Of a DNA stretch of 55,155 nt, positions 18,288-28,900 are shown one piece after another. Both the position numbers and the translations under genes were made by a program. The notes beneath the pieces are model-generated. The model was not told where the DNA came from. It saw only the letters and a list, made by a program, of their open reading frames with translations, and ran no database searches. The stretch lies in contig JBNMJA010000002.1 in assembly GCA_050873585.1 (NCBI GenBank), forward strand, positions 1-55,155, read 5' to 3'. Origin of the DNA: Bacillota bacterium. GTDB lineage: Bacteria > Bacillota > Clostridia > Christensenellales > CAG-917. Position 1 is the stretch's first letter; each line of letters starts with the position of its first letter.

Positions 18288-18905
18288 TTAATACTCGGTG
18301 TCTTCCCTTATAGTTTCGCGCACCTTGAAATGAGCGCCTACGCTCTTTGCAAGTTCTCCGCACGCTCTCACTTCGTCCTCGCCGATAAAATCCACGACGG
18401 ACATAGTTGTGTCGATGCCTGCGTCCACGCAGTCTTTTGTAAATTTGAGCATCGCATCGAACGCCGCCTCGCCGTACTTGCTTCTGCATATCTCCTGATA
18501 CACTTCGGGCGTTGACGCGTTGAGCGACACGGATACACTGTCGATATACGGCGCAATGAGTTTTGTCACGTCGTCGCGCTTGTTGATGAGGTTGCCAAGT
18601 CCGTTGGTGTTGATGCGGATTTTGCAACCCTTCTTTTTCAAATAAGGCGCAATCTGCGAAATCATCGACAGATTGCACATAGGCTCGCCGAATCCGCAAA
18701 AAACGATTTCTTTGTACTTTGACAAGTCGTACATGGAAATATCATCGACGAGTTCTTCAAAAGTCGGCTCTTTGAGCAACCAAAGGTCGCTTCCGCTCAC
18801 GCCGTCTTTTATGTTGCGAATGCAAAACTCGCAATTGTTCGGGCAACGGTTGGTTATGTTGAGATACAAACTGTCGCCGAATTCGTAAACGTAATTGTTG
18901 GTCAT
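18288..18905 (-). CDS. Radical SAM protein (TatD-associated type)
   Basis: Contains the CPNNCEFC (CxxxCxxC) cluster motif near the N-terminus. 205 aa, directly downstream of tatD. Confidence 0.8.
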   Translation of the reverse strand: MTNNYVYEFGDSLYLNITNRCPNNCEFCIRNIKDGVSGSDLWLLKEPTFEELVDDISMYDLSKYKEIVFCGFGEPMCNLSMISQIAPYLKKKGCKIRINTNGLGNLINKRDDVTKLIAPYIDSVSVSLNASTPEVYQEICRSKYGEAAFDAMLKFTKDCVDAGIDTTMSVVDFIGEDEVRACGELAKSVGAHFKVRETIREDTEY

Positions 18906-18964
18906 ATATGCTCTCGAAAAATGTAATTCTATATGTGGTTTTGCAAAATCGCCGTTTTATACGA

Positions 18965-19738
18965 CTATTTCATGCGTGTAAACAGTCGTTTTGCATTTTG
19001 CGTGGTGATTTCTTCCATTTCCTCGACGCTCATACCGAGCACCTGCGCCGCCTTTTGCGCAACGAGCGAAACGTACTTAGGCTCGTTGGTTTTACCTCTG
19101 AACGGGACGGGCGTCATATAAGGGCAATCGGTTTCCAAAAGCAACCTGTCTTTGGGAACGACTGCAAGCGATTCGAGATTGTGCTTTGCGTTTTTGAAGG
19201 TTATTGCGCCGCCAAAAGCGTAGTACGCATCGAGTTTGTCAAAGATTTTCACATACTCGCTCGAGCCCGAATAACAGTGCAAAAGCAAGCCGTTTTTGAT
19301 ATAGCCTTTCATATCAAAAAGGATTTTTCTCGTGTCCTCGTAGGCGTCGCGAACGTGCAACGTGATTGGCAACTCCGCTTGATTCGCAAGTTCAATTTGC
19401 TTTGCAAAAGCGGATTTTTGCACTTCTCTCTCGCTCAAATCGTAATAGTAATCAAGGCCGATTTCGCCGATTGCAACGACTTTTTTATTTTTTGCAAGTT
19501 CCAAAATGCGTTGGCACGCTTCGTCGTCGAGCGTATCCGCGTCGTGCGGATGAACGCCGACTGCGGCGTAAATTTCTTCAAATTTTTCCGCAAGCGAAAC
19601 GGCACATTCGGACGACGGCATATCGTAGCCTACGCAAATTGCACTTTCAAGACCGTCGTTTTTGAAAGACTCGACTATCTCGTCTGCGTTGTAAAGCAGT
19701 TTTTCGTCGTTAAGATGGCAATGCGTGTCTATCAACAT
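18965..19738 (-). CDS. tatD: TatD-family metal-dependent hydrolase/DNase
   Basis: MLIDTHCHLND..., HPHDA, LHCYSGS and ETDCPY motifs. Confidence 0.9.
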   Translation of the reverse strand: MLIDTHCHLNDEKLLYNADEIVESFKNDGLESAICVGYDMPSSECAVSLAEKFEEIYAAVGVHPHDADTLDDEACQRILELAKNKKVVAIGEIGLDYYYDLSEREVQKSAFAKQIELANQAELPITLHVRDAYEDTRKILFDMKGYIKNGLLLHCYSGSSEYVKIFDKLDAYYAFGGAITFKNAKHNLESLAVVPKDRLLLETDCPYMTPVPFRGKTNEPKYVSLVAQKAAQVLGMSVEEMEEITTQNAKRLFTRMK

Positions 19739-19748
19739 ATCCTACGGC

Positions 19749-21764
19749 TTATCTTACGACGCTGCCGCTCTCCACGGGCTTTTCGGGAGATACGAGCACC
19801 ACTTCTTCGCTACCGTCTTCCTTCTTGAAGCACGCACAAAGGAGCATGCCTTGACTCTCTATGCCACGGAGTTTCGCAGGCTTGAGATTGTAGACGACAA
19901 CGACGTTTTTGCCAATCATTTCTTCGGGAGTGTAATACTTTGCGATGCCGCTGACGATTGTGCGCGTTTCACTGCCTATCTGCACGGAGAATTTGAGGAG
20001 TTTGTCTGCTTTTTCAACCTTTTCGGCGGTCAAAATCTTTCCGACGCGAAGTTGAATTTTTGCGAAGTCGTCAATGGTGATTTCGCTTATATCGACGATA
20101 TTCTCCGCCGCTTTCTCTTCTTTCTTTTCTTGTTTGCTTTCTTGCTTCGGTTGCGGTTTGGCCTCTTCTTCGGGTTGGTCGGCTTTGACGATGCCCTTTG
20201 CAAGCAAATCCTTCTTCACCTTTTCAACGTCGATTCTCGCAAAGAGATGCTCGGGGGCTTCGGCAACTTTCGTGCCGTTTGCAAGAAGTCCGAATTTGTC
20301 AAGGTCGTCAAAACTTCTCAGCTCCGTTCCGCACTGCGAAACGACTTTTTGAGAGGTCGAAGGCATAAACGGATAGAGCAAACTTGCGCAAATCACGATG
20401 GTTTCGGTGAGATTGTAAAGCACGGTTGCAAGTCTGTCTTTTTGGCTTTCGTCCTTTGCAAGCACCCACGGCATCGTTTCGTCGATATACTTGTTGGCTC
20501 TGCGAAGCACGGTGAATATATCCAAAAGCGCGTCCGCAGAACGATAGGCGTCTATGTCGGCAAAGACTTTGTCTCTTGCCGCTTTGGCAATCGATTTGAG
20601 TTCGTCGTCAACGGGCTGGCTTGCGCCTTTGTCGCTCACTACTCCGCCGAAATATTTGTTGCTCATCGCGATGGTGCGCTGAACGAGGTTGCCATAGACG
20701 TTGACGAGTTCGCTGTTGATGGTGTCCATAACAAGATCCCAACTGATCACGCCGTCGTTGTCGAAAGGCATTTGCGAAAGAAGGAAATATCTCACGCTGT
20801 CAACGCCGAAATAGTCTACGAGATCGTCGGCATAGATGACGTTGCCCTTGGATTTGGACATCTTTCCGCCGTCTTGCAACAGCCACGGATGCCCGAAAAT
20901 CTGCTTGGGAAGAGGGATCCCGAGCGCCATAAGGAAAATCGGCCAGTAAATCGAATGGAAGCGCACGATATCTTTGCCGATAATGTGCACGTCCGCAGGC
21001 CATTCCTTTTTGAAAAGGTCGGTTGAATTGCCGTCGACATCAAAGCCTATGCCCGTGATATAATTCGTGAGTGCATCAAGCCACACGTATATGACGTGGC
21101 GTTTGTCGAAGGTCACGGGAATACCCCACGTGAACGACGTTCTGGATACGCACAAATCTTGAAGTCCCGGCTTCAGGAAGTTGTTGATCATCTCGTTTTT
21201 GCGAGAGGTCGGCACGATGAAATCGGGGTGTTCGTCGTAATATTTCATAAGGCGGTCGGCATACTTGCTCATATTGAAGAAATACGCCTCTTCTTCCGCC
21301 ATCTTGACTTCGCCACCGCAGTCGGGGCATTTGCCGTCAACGAGTTGGCTCTCTGTCCAGAAAGATTCGCACGGCGTGCAGTACCAACCCTTGTACGAGC
21401 CTTTGTATATATCGCCCTGTTCGTAGAATTTTTTGAAAATCTTTTGAACCTGCTCCTCGTGCTCCTTGTCGGTGGTGCGGATAAACTTTTCGTAGGTGGT
21501 GTCCATCAAATCCCATATGCGCTTGATATCCGCCGCTTTTTGGTCGACGAATTGCTTGGGAGTGATCCCCGCGCTTTGCGCTTTGAGTTCTATCTTCTCA
21601 CCATGCTCGTCAGTGCCGGTCTGGAAGAAAACGTCGTAGCCCTCCATACGCTTGGCTCTGGCAACGAGATCGGAAAAAACGATTTCGTAAGTGTTGCCGA
21701 TATGCGGCTTGCCCGACGCATACGCGATTGCGGTTGTCATATAAAATTTCTTTTTGTCTTGCAT
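19749..21764 (-). CDS. metG: Methionine--tRNA ligase with C-terminal tRNA-binding (EMAP/Trbp111-like) domain
   Basis: Contains HIGN (HIGH), KMSKSKGN (KMSKS), a CPDCGG zinc knuckle and the C-terminal LRVGKILTAEKVEKADKLLK. AGAGGTGA SD. Confidence 0.95.
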   Translation of the reverse strand: MQDKKKFYMTTAIAYASGKPHIGNTYEIVFSDLVARAKRMEGYDVFFQTGTDEHGEKIELKAQSAGITPKQFVDQKAADIKRIWDLMDTTYEKFIRTTDKEHEEQVQKIFKKFYEQGDIYKGSYKGWYCTPCESFWTESQLVDGKCPDCGGEVKMAEEEAYFFNMSKYADRLMKYYDEHPDFIVPTSRKNEMINNFLKPGLQDLCVSRTSFTWGIPVTFDKRHVIYVWLDALTNYITGIGFDVDGNSTDLFKKEWPADVHIIGKDIVRFHSIYWPIFLMALGIPLPKQIFGHPWLLQDGGKMSKSKGNVIYADDLVDYFGVDSVRYFLLSQMPFDNDGVISWDLVMDTINSELVNVYGNLVQRTIAMSNKYFGGVVSDKGASQPVDDELKSIAKAARDKVFADIDAYRSADALLDIFTVLRRANKYIDETMPWVLAKDESQKDRLATVLYNLTETIVICASLLYPFMPSTSQKVVSQCGTELRSFDDLDKFGLLANGTKVAEAPEHLFARIDVEKVKKDLLAKGIVKADQPEEEAKPQPKQESKQEKKEEKAAENIVDISEITIDDFAKIQLRVGKILTAEKVEKADKLLKFSVQIGSETRTIVSGIAKYYTPEEMIGKNVVVVYNLKPAKLRGIESQGMLLCACFKKEDGSEEVVLVSPEKPVESGSVVR

Positions 21765-21887
21765 TTTTCACCTCTTCGGCAGACTAATGGTGTCCGCCTT
21801 TTGGACTAGTTTATACATTATACAACTTTTATTTATAAAAGTAAATAAGAAGTGCATATGCGCGCGAGGTGAAAAATACAATATCGT

Positions 21888-22547
21888 ATGAACGTTGCAT
21901 TTTTGCTGATAACCGCCGCGTCGCTCGTTTTGATGACGGTGCGCGCGCCCGAATCCGCATTCCCCACAATGATAGAAGGAGTGCAAGGAGCAATCGAATT
22001 GTCCTTCAAACTTTGCGCCATATACGCGGTGTGGCTGTCCGCTCTGAAAATGATCGAGGCTACCGCCCTCGACAAAAAACTGTCGAAACTTTTGCGACCT
22101 ATCGTACGCAAGATTTTCAAAAACGAAAGCGACGACGCCTACGACAAAATATGCGTGAATCTCGCTGCAAATATGTTCGGTATGGGCGGAGTCGCAACCC
22201 CTGCCGGCATAAAGGCCATGAGTGCAATGGAAGACGGATCGGCAAAAGCGACGGACAATATGATTATGCTTCTAGTGATAAACGCGACGTCCATTCAACT
22301 TATCCCCGCAACCGTGATTGCGTTGCGAGCAAGCGCGAATTCGCAAAGCCCGTCTGATATAATCGTGCCGACTCTGATATCGAGCGGCATCGTCACTCTT
22401 TGCGGTATGGTTATGTGCAAAGTGCTGTCTTTGAAAAAGAGCAATTCAGATAAAAATAGCGAAACGAGCATTTTATTTGGCATAAACAGGAAGATAAAAC
22501 CCTCGTTTTGCAATTTAAACACAAAATCCAAAAGAGGTGCGAAATGA
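21888..22547 (+). CDS. spmA: Spore maturation protein A-like (nucleoside-recognition/Gate domain) membrane protein
   Basis: 219 aa. ...AANMFGMGGVATPAGIKAM... is typical of SpmA. It is translationally coupled to the next gene. Confidence 0.75.
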   Translation: MNVAFLLITAASLVLMTVRAPESAFPTMIEGVQGAIELSFKLCAIYAVWLSALKMIEATALDKKLSKLLRPIVRKIFKNESDDAYDKICVNLAANMFGMGGVATPAGIKAMSAMEDGSAKATDNMIMLLVINATSIQLIPATVIALRASANSQSPSDIIVPTLISSGIVTLCGMVMCKVLSLKKSNSDKNSETSILFGINRKIKPSFCNLNTKSKRGAK

Positions 22548-23056
22548 GCGTAAGCATGTATATACTGCCCGTGATGCTCGTCGCGCTTATCGTCGTATGC
22601 GTCGTCAAAAAGGTGAAAGTGTACGACTGTTTTCTGCTTGGAGCAAAGGACGGATTGAATCTCGTCGTGGATATCTTCCCGTACATAGCAACCATTTTCA
22701 TTTGCATCGAAACGTTTAAGGCTAGCGGACTTGCGGACATAGTTTCGGGGTGGCTTGCAAAGCCGTTGGCGTATTTGGGGATACCAAGCGAAATTGCCCA
22801 ACTCATTCTGCTCGTGCCGCTGTCGGGCAACGGAACGATTGCGATTTTGCAAGACGTCATAGCAAAGTACGGCGCGGATTCATATATAGCAAGATGCGCC
22901 TCTGTCATCGCAGGAGGAAGTGAAACCATATTCTATATTTCGGCGGTATACTTCTCTGCGTGCAAGGCAAAGAAACTTCGCTACGCTATCCCCGTGTCGC
23001 TTTTTTGCACCCTGCTCGGCGCATTGATCGCCTGCGCGCTTTGCAGATTTATGTGA
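22544..23056 (+). CDS. spmB: Spore maturation protein B-like membrane protein
   Basis: ATGA overlap with the spmA stop and an AGAGGTG SD. PLSGNGTIAILQD...AGGSETIFYISAVYF. Confidence 0.75.
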   Translation: MSVSMYILPVMLVALIVVCVVKKVKVYDCFLLGAKDGLNLVVDIFPYIATIFICIETFKASGLADIVSGWLAKPLAYLGIPSEIAQLILLVPLSGNGTIAILQDVIAKYGADSYIARCASVIAGGSETIFYISAVYFSACKAKKLRYAIPVSLFCTLLGALIACALCRFM

Positions 23057-23181
23057 CGCAACAAGCGTTACACCAAACAAATACAGCGGTTTAACTTGCA
23101 ATCACTCGGACTGGTTTATGCATAAATCTTCTTGTTTCGTAAGACACGGAACAAAATTTTCGCAAACGATTTATGCAAAAA

Positions 23182-23210
23182 GAAAGACGCCTTTTTCAAG
23201 GCGCCTTTCT
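23182..23210. terminator. Hairpin terminator between convergent spmB and the DUF1858 gene
   Basis: agaaagacgcc tttttcaa ggcgcctttct, an 11-bp stem with one mismatch and T-runs on both strands. Confidence 0.6.
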
Positions 23211-23227
23211 TTGTATACTGCGTAGTT

Positions 23228-23425
23228 TTATGCAATGACTGCGTTGAGTTTGTCGACGAGTTCGTCAACGTTGATGCCGTGTACCGCCGCGGCTTCTTCA
23301 AGAGTTTCGCCGTGTGCGAGCATGCAATGCAGACAGTGCATACCGCTCTGTTGCAACACTTCTGCAAGTTTATCGGGATCGCCTTGAGCGAGTACGTCGA
23401 TGATGAGCATGTCTTTTGTTACCAT
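23228..23425 (-). CDS. DUF1858 (hybrid-cluster-protein-associated redox disulfide-like) small protein
   Basis: 65 aa. MLIIDVL...SGMHCLHCMLAHGETLEEAAAVHGI..ELV..LN. GGAGGT SD. Confidence 0.7.
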   Translation of the reverse strand: MVTKDMLIIDVLAQGDPDKLAEVLQQSGMHCLHCMLAHGETLEEAAAVHGINVDELVDKLNAVIA

Positions 23426-23463
23426 AGTTGTTACCTCCGTAAAGATATGTAAATTATTTTATT

Positions 23464-24534
23464 TTATTCAAATCGTCCCGACAGCACCGCCCACGCTATG
23501 AACGCGATCACGCCGATCGCAATCAGCACCGCAAACGCGACTTTGAGCGGAGATACGGGCGATTTGCCCGTCGATTTGCCCGTCCTGCCGTTGATGAGGA
23601 AACGATAGCCCTTTTTGCGATAGACGTATGCGCAAACCCACAAAGGCAAGAGCATATAATGGAATTTCGTGTCGAAGTAGGTGGTGTTTACGTTGAGATA
23701 ATCCACAACGTCCGCGCCGTAGCCTTCGACGATGCGTTTGCGGATAGTGTCGTCCATCTGCCCTTTTGCCACGTCGAATCCGTCTTCGAGCGACGTGTCG
23801 TACTTCTCTGCCGAAAAACCCGCAAGATAATCCTTGTTGTATGCTTCGAGATTGTCGGTGTCGTAAGGAAGAATTTTGTTGAGTTCCTTTTGAGTGAGGT
23901 GAGTGCTTGCCTCAACCGCAACGTCATCGAAGGAATTGCTCGTCTGCCCTTTGACGTTGTACCACTCGATATACGTTTCCATATGGCGATCTTTGCCGCT
24001 GCCGACCATTCTCGTGCGCCTTTCACCGAGCCTGCCGTCATAATCGGAGTGCGAATCGGTCGTGAAAGCGTAAGAGGGTATGTAAACTCCTTTGAAGTTG
24101 TCAACCTTGAACCTCTTCTTGAGTTTAATAGGTGCAAAAAGTTTCTTTTTTATCCACTTCTTGCCTGCCTCTGCGGCTTGATTTTGCGAGAGTGCAAACG
24201 GAAGGATTCCGTCGGGTTTGAGTCCCTTCATATCCTCGACTTCGACGACGTTCGTGCCGCCGCAATAGGGGCATTTCATCGCCGTGTCGAAAGGCGCGAG
24301 TTTGACTTCCGCTCCGCAGTTGGGGCATTTGTAGGTCGAATCGTCAAATTTGACCTCCCCTTCTTTGAGAGATGAAAGATAATCTCGCTTAAAACTCAAT
24401 TTTCTGTCGATTGTGCGCGTTGCGTCGCAATAGGAACAGTGTAGCGCCCCTTTTTCGGGGTCGTACACCATATCCGCGCCGCAATTTTGGCACTTCACGA
24501 CAGCCGATACGTTGTAATCGAATACGTCTGCCAT
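23464..24534 (-). CDS. Zinc-ribbon protein with C-terminal TM anchor (YdjG-like by context)
   Basis: 356 aa. Two zinc ribbons (CQNCGA...CSYCDA and CPNCGA...CPYCGG) and a terminal hydrophobic helix, FAVLIAIGVIAFIAWAVL. It starts 19 nt after the SPFH gene. Confidence 0.6.
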   Translation of the reverse strand: MADVFDYNVSAVVKCQNCGADMVYDPEKGALHCSYCDATRTIDRKLSFKRDYLSSLKEGEVKFDDSTYKCPNCGAEVKLAPFDTAMKCPYCGGTNVVEVEDMKGLKPDGILPFALSQNQAAEAGKKWIKKKLFAPIKLKKRFKVDNFKGVYIPSYAFTTDSHSDYDGRLGERRTRMVGSGKDRHMETYIEWYNVKGQTSNSFDDVAVEASTHLTQKELNKILPYDTDNLEAYNKDYLAGFSAEKYDTSLEDGFDVAKGQMDDTIRKRIVEGYGADVVDYLNVNTTYFDTKFHYMLLPLWVCAYVYRKKGYRFLINGRTGKSTGKSPVSPLKVAFAVLIAIGVIAFIAWAVLSGRFE

Positions 24535-24553
24535 ACTATTTATGCCGATATAA

Positions 24554-25669
24554 TCAGTCTATTTTTGCTCCGCATTCCGAGCAGAATTTCATGCCCGATT
24601 TGACTTTTGCACCGCATTTAGGGCAAGAAACGCTCATGGGTTGTCCGCACTCGGGGCAGAATTTTGCGCTTTGAGGAACTTCCGCTCCGCATTTTGCGCA
24701 TTTGACGGTGTTTTCCGCACCGACTTTTGCTCCGCATTCGGGGCAGAATTTTGCACTTGCTTTGACGCTTGCTCCGCACTTTGCGCATTTGACTTTTGCA
24801 CTTTGCGCTTCGTCGAGATTCTGTGCAAACTGACTGCCTACTCTTGCGCCCATTCCGAGTCCGATGCCTGCCGCTCCGAACATTCCGCCCATACCGGGAT
24901 TCTTTGCCGCGTCACGCATTGCCTGCACGGATTCGTATTGAGCGTACTCTCCCATCTTGCCGTCAAACACGCCGAGCGTTGTGCGTTGATCCATCGCCTT
25001 TTCAACCGCTTCGGGCAGCTTGAAATTGCGCACGATGACGGAATCGATATCGAGACCGAGTTCGTTGAATTTGGGCTTTGCCTGTTGGCAAACCGTGTCG
25101 CCGATTTCAAGATAGTTTGCCGCAAGTTCGAGCGCAGGAATCTCGCATTCGCCGAGCATATCGGTGAGTTGCGCCAAAACGAGGGATTTGAGATGCTCTT
25201 CGATGTCCTCCGTCTTGAAAGAATGAATCGTGCCGAAGCATACTTTCATAAACACTTCGGGATTCATAACGTGGAAAGAATACTCGCCATGACCTGCGAT
25301 GCGGATCATGCCGAAATCCTTGTCGCGCATCATGACGGGATTGGGCGTGCCCCACTTCATCTGCGTGAATCTTCTCAAATTGACGTAATATACGTCGATT
25401 TGTTTGGGGTTTTCAAATGCGTATTTCCAGTTTGCAATCGCAGTGAGAACGGGCGTCGAACCTTCGTCGAGCTTCCAACTGCCTTCCGTGAAAACGTCGC
25501 AAACGCTTCCGCGATACACGAAAATTGCGGCTTGTGAGGGGCGAACGATAAGTTCAGAACCCTTCATAATCGCATATCTGTCATCGTACTGAAATTTGTG
25601 TACTATAGTATTTTGGGAATTGTCTTCCCAGCTGATCACCTTGAGGAGTTGTCTTTTGATAAATCCCAT
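24554..25669 (-). CDS. SPFH/band-7 domain protein with triple C-terminal zinc ribbons (COG4260 / YdjI-like)
   Basis: 371 aa. The N-terminal SPFH-like region has GSELIVRPSQAAIFVYRG...WKLDEG...YYVNLR. The C-terminus has three copies of KC[AP]KCGA.V..[SG].KFC[PS]ECG. GGAGG SD. Confidence 0.8.
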   Translation of the reverse strand: MGFIKRQLLKVISWEDNSQNTIVHKFQYDDRYAIMKGSELIVRPSQAAIFVYRGSVCDVFTEGSWKLDEGSTPVLTAIANWKYAFENPKQIDVYYVNLRRFTQMKWGTPNPVMMRDKDFGMIRIAGHGEYSFHVMNPEVFMKVCFGTIHSFKTEDIEEHLKSLVLAQLTDMLGECEIPALELAANYLEIGDTVCQQAKPKFNELGLDIDSVIVRNFKLPEAVEKAMDQRTTLGVFDGKMGEYAQYESVQAMRDAAKNPGMGGMFGAAGIGLGMGARVGSQFAQNLDEAQSAKVKCAKCGASVKASAKFCPECGAKVGAENTVKCAKCGAEVPQSAKFCPECGQPMSVSCPKCGAKVKSGMKFCSECGAKID

Positions 25670-25894
25670 AGATGCCTCCGATTCGTTTTATTATATTATT
25701 ATATCACAAGCGTTGATTTTTTCAATGAAAATTTGCAATCTGCCTCGCATGCGCCAAAAAAGCAACCTGTTCTTGCGCAAAATATGCATATTCCAACGAA
25801 AATGCAACCGCATTTATCACAAAAAAACACAACTTGCCGTGTTTATGCGATTAAGCAATCTTCGACACTGCACCGCCCACGCCCGAAGGCAACG

Positions 25895-25923
25895 AAAAAG
25901 CCTCGCCGATGGCGAGGCTTTTT
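25895..25923 (-). terminator. Intrinsic terminator of the giant gene
   Basis: aaaaaGCCTCGCCgatGGCGAGGCttttt, lying 28 nt past the stop codon. Confidence 0.8.
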
Positions 25924-25950
25924 GCGCTGTGTTAAGAGAGCGAATTACGC

Positions 25951-28900
25951 TCAGATTTCAACCATTCCGGTCACTGCTTGATATTGCGGAATGGTTTTTC
26001 CCGCTGCAATGATAACGTCACTACCGTTCTTCCAGTCGGCATCTGCCGTCGTTGTGGTAAGCACCGTGCCGTTGTTGTCAACGACCGTGCCGATTGCCGC
26101 GTAGAGTTTGTAAACGATCTTGCGGTCGGACGACGTCGGGAGCGTGAACGTTCCGCTCGTTGACGAGAACATAACGTCATAACTTGCTTCAAGAGTCGGA
26201 TTGGTCGTACTTGCAGTGGAAACATACGCTTTGCCGAACCAGACAACGTTGACCGTCACACTTCCGACAGTGTAAGTCGTCTTGAGCGTCTTTCCGCTGC
26301 GAAGCGAACTTGCCGCAGGCGCAACGGGTGTTACGTTCCCGTTGATTTGCGTGATTCCGACGGTGACACGCTCTTGGTCTGCAAGTTGAACGATTGCGTT
26401 TCTGCCGCTTGCACTGGTGGTGATACCGTCTGCCGATACGGTGTATTGTTCGTCCGCAGGCATTGAAACGATTGCGTAGTAGAACTCAAGCGTTTCGTTT
26501 GCAATTGCGTTGTACACTTCTTTGCCATCTTCTCCGACCTTGATATTGCCGGTTGCCGCATCGAATTCGGGCGTTGAAACGCTGAACGTTGCAATGTAAG
26601 AGAACGGCATCGTCAATCTCTTCGGATTGTTCGGATCGATACCGAACGGGCTTGCCGCAACGCTGTTCTCAACCGTCGTTGAATATCCGCCGGATACCTT
26701 CGTAAGAAGCGTGTTGCCGTCTGCATCTTTGCCCGTGGTTGCCTCTTCGAGTTTGTTGACAATCATTCTCTTGACGAGGAACGGAATCTTGTACTCTTGT
26801 ACGTTGCCGTCAACGCCGATGAGTTTTGCTGTGACGTAAATCACGCCGCCGGTGTACTTGGGTCTGAATTCGTCGAAACTCCAGACAAGCAAACGACTTG
26901 TGCCTTTCGTCTTGTATTCCACCTCTGCGGTTTCAGCCTTACCGTCTACGATCTTGCCCGTGCGCTCTTTGAACTTGAGCGAATCGGGCATCGTCGGCTT
27001 GATATACTCGTAAGGATTGATATAGGTCTTGTCGGTTGCAAGAGCGTAACCCGTGAGTTTTTGAAGTTCACTGTCGCTGACAATGCTTTCTACGCTTCTG
27101 TCAAGAACTTTGACGGTGAATCTGATGCGTTGCGTACCGATTTCGTTGACCGATGAAGCGTCGCTTGCCTTGTAGTTATATTCGCCGCCGTAGTTGACTA
27201 TCGCATAGGCATAGTACTCGCCGCCTGCGTAAGTCACGTTGACACCGCTGAAGTCCCAAACCACAGGCACGTCGACCTTAGTGCCGTTTGCAAGCGTGAC
27301 TTTGAGGCTGGTCGGGAAGTTGGCGTAATCTCTGTTGAGTTCGGCAGTCGTAAGCTCGACGTATTCACCGTTTACGAGTTTGTACGTTCCGTCGAGATTG
27401 TTCTTGACGTAACCGCTCGTTGCAACGGAGGATTTCTCGTAGCGATCGCCGCTATATCCCGTCTTTCTTGCAAAGACATTGCCGTTAGCATACGGATCGA
27501 TCTCGAAGATTCCGTTCTTGTAGAGTGCGTACGTATCGCCTTCAACGAGTTTTGCTTCGCCTGTCAATCTGCTGTTTGCGATATGCACCGTTACGTCAAC
27601 GGTCGTACCCGTGACGTTGCCTTGCGCTCTGCTTGCGAGCGTTGCTTCGACCGCTACGTTGCCGCCTCTGTAGGTGTATTCCGCTTTCTCTGCATTCCAC
27701 TTGACGTCGAACGTTTGCGTGGTGACGTACGTGAACAAGTAGAGATCTTGTCCGTCCGCAGTCTTGAACGTCGTTGCGTCGATCGTATTCACGTCGCCGT
27801 CGAACAAGACGTAGTTCTTGGTATCTGCGTTGTAAACGTAGAACTTTACGTGTGCGTAATCGGATTCGGTGGCAAATCCGCCGTACACCGAATAGATACC
27901 GGGATATATCTCTCCGTCCGTATCGGTGAAGCCGTGGCGTTTGAGATACGTGCTCGTGTAGTCGTATCCGCTGCCGTTAGCGGTTCTGCCTTCGTTCCAC
28001 CATGCGTATGCGCTGACGAATTGTGCTCCGACGTAGTAGGTCGCTTCGGATGCATACTTAGCCGTATTGAAGACGGAAGTGTCACTGTCACGATCCACGT
28101 AAACGTCTTTGTTGTACTTGTAAGTGCCGACAGACATTTCTTTGTATGCAAGGTCGCTATTGGTGAGCGTAACCTTGGATACGCGGATCTTGATGGTCAT
28201 CTCGAATGCGTCCATGACCTCTTTGCTTTCGGAGTTCCAGACGTGAACGGTCATCGTTCTCTCGAGTGTTGCGCTAAGGTCTGCAAGGTCGCTTGCCTTG
28301 GGAGCATTTTCGTAAGTGATATAGTAGTTGCCGACGTCACCGTTTGCGAACGTGAGCGTCATCGTGTCGGGAAGTTTGTCTGCTCCGACGTATGCGAAGT
28401 GGTTGTAATAAACGTATTGCTCGGGCATACCCGTCGCCTTGTTGTAGACGATGTCGATGTATCTGCCGTCGCCGCTCTCGCCAACGAGCGTATCGGTTAT
28501 CGTCGAATACTTGCTCGAATCGGAGTAGAGATACTTAAGACCCGTGTCGTCGAGTTTGAGTTCTGCATCGACGATGGTGCGTTCAAGCACTGTGACAGGA
28601 ACGTTGATGCGTTGTTTTGCGAGCATATAACGCGTTTCTGTCTTCAACTCGAAGTTTGCGTCGGTCTTTCTCATAAACTCGAGGTAATCTTCGATCGTGA
28701 CGTAGTCTTCACCGTTGCCGATATCCGCAAGAACGTACGTGCCGTTTGCCTTTTCAACGGGTACGACAGCCGTTGCCATATATGCGGTGTTGCTCGCGCC
28801 ACTCTTGATGAGTTTGTCAACGTCGGACCAGTCGAAGCGTGCGTCGAACACGTCGCCGCCCACGGTCGTGATTGACATAACGTTTGCAAGATAGGACGCG

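Noticed and set aside
21765-21887. A T-box leader upstream of metG.
   Set aside because: There are only 123 bp between the divergent metG and spmA starts, with no GGUGGNACC T-box sequence or terminator.
25951-26100. A C-terminal sorting or anchoring signal (LPXTG, hydrophobic tail, SLH, T9SS-like CTD) on the giant protein.
   Set aside because: The last 50 residues (...DWKNGSDVIIAAGKTIPQYQAVTGMVEI) have no LPXTG-like motif, no hydrophobic stretch and no positively charged tail. I cannot exclude an unrecognised signal without profile searches.
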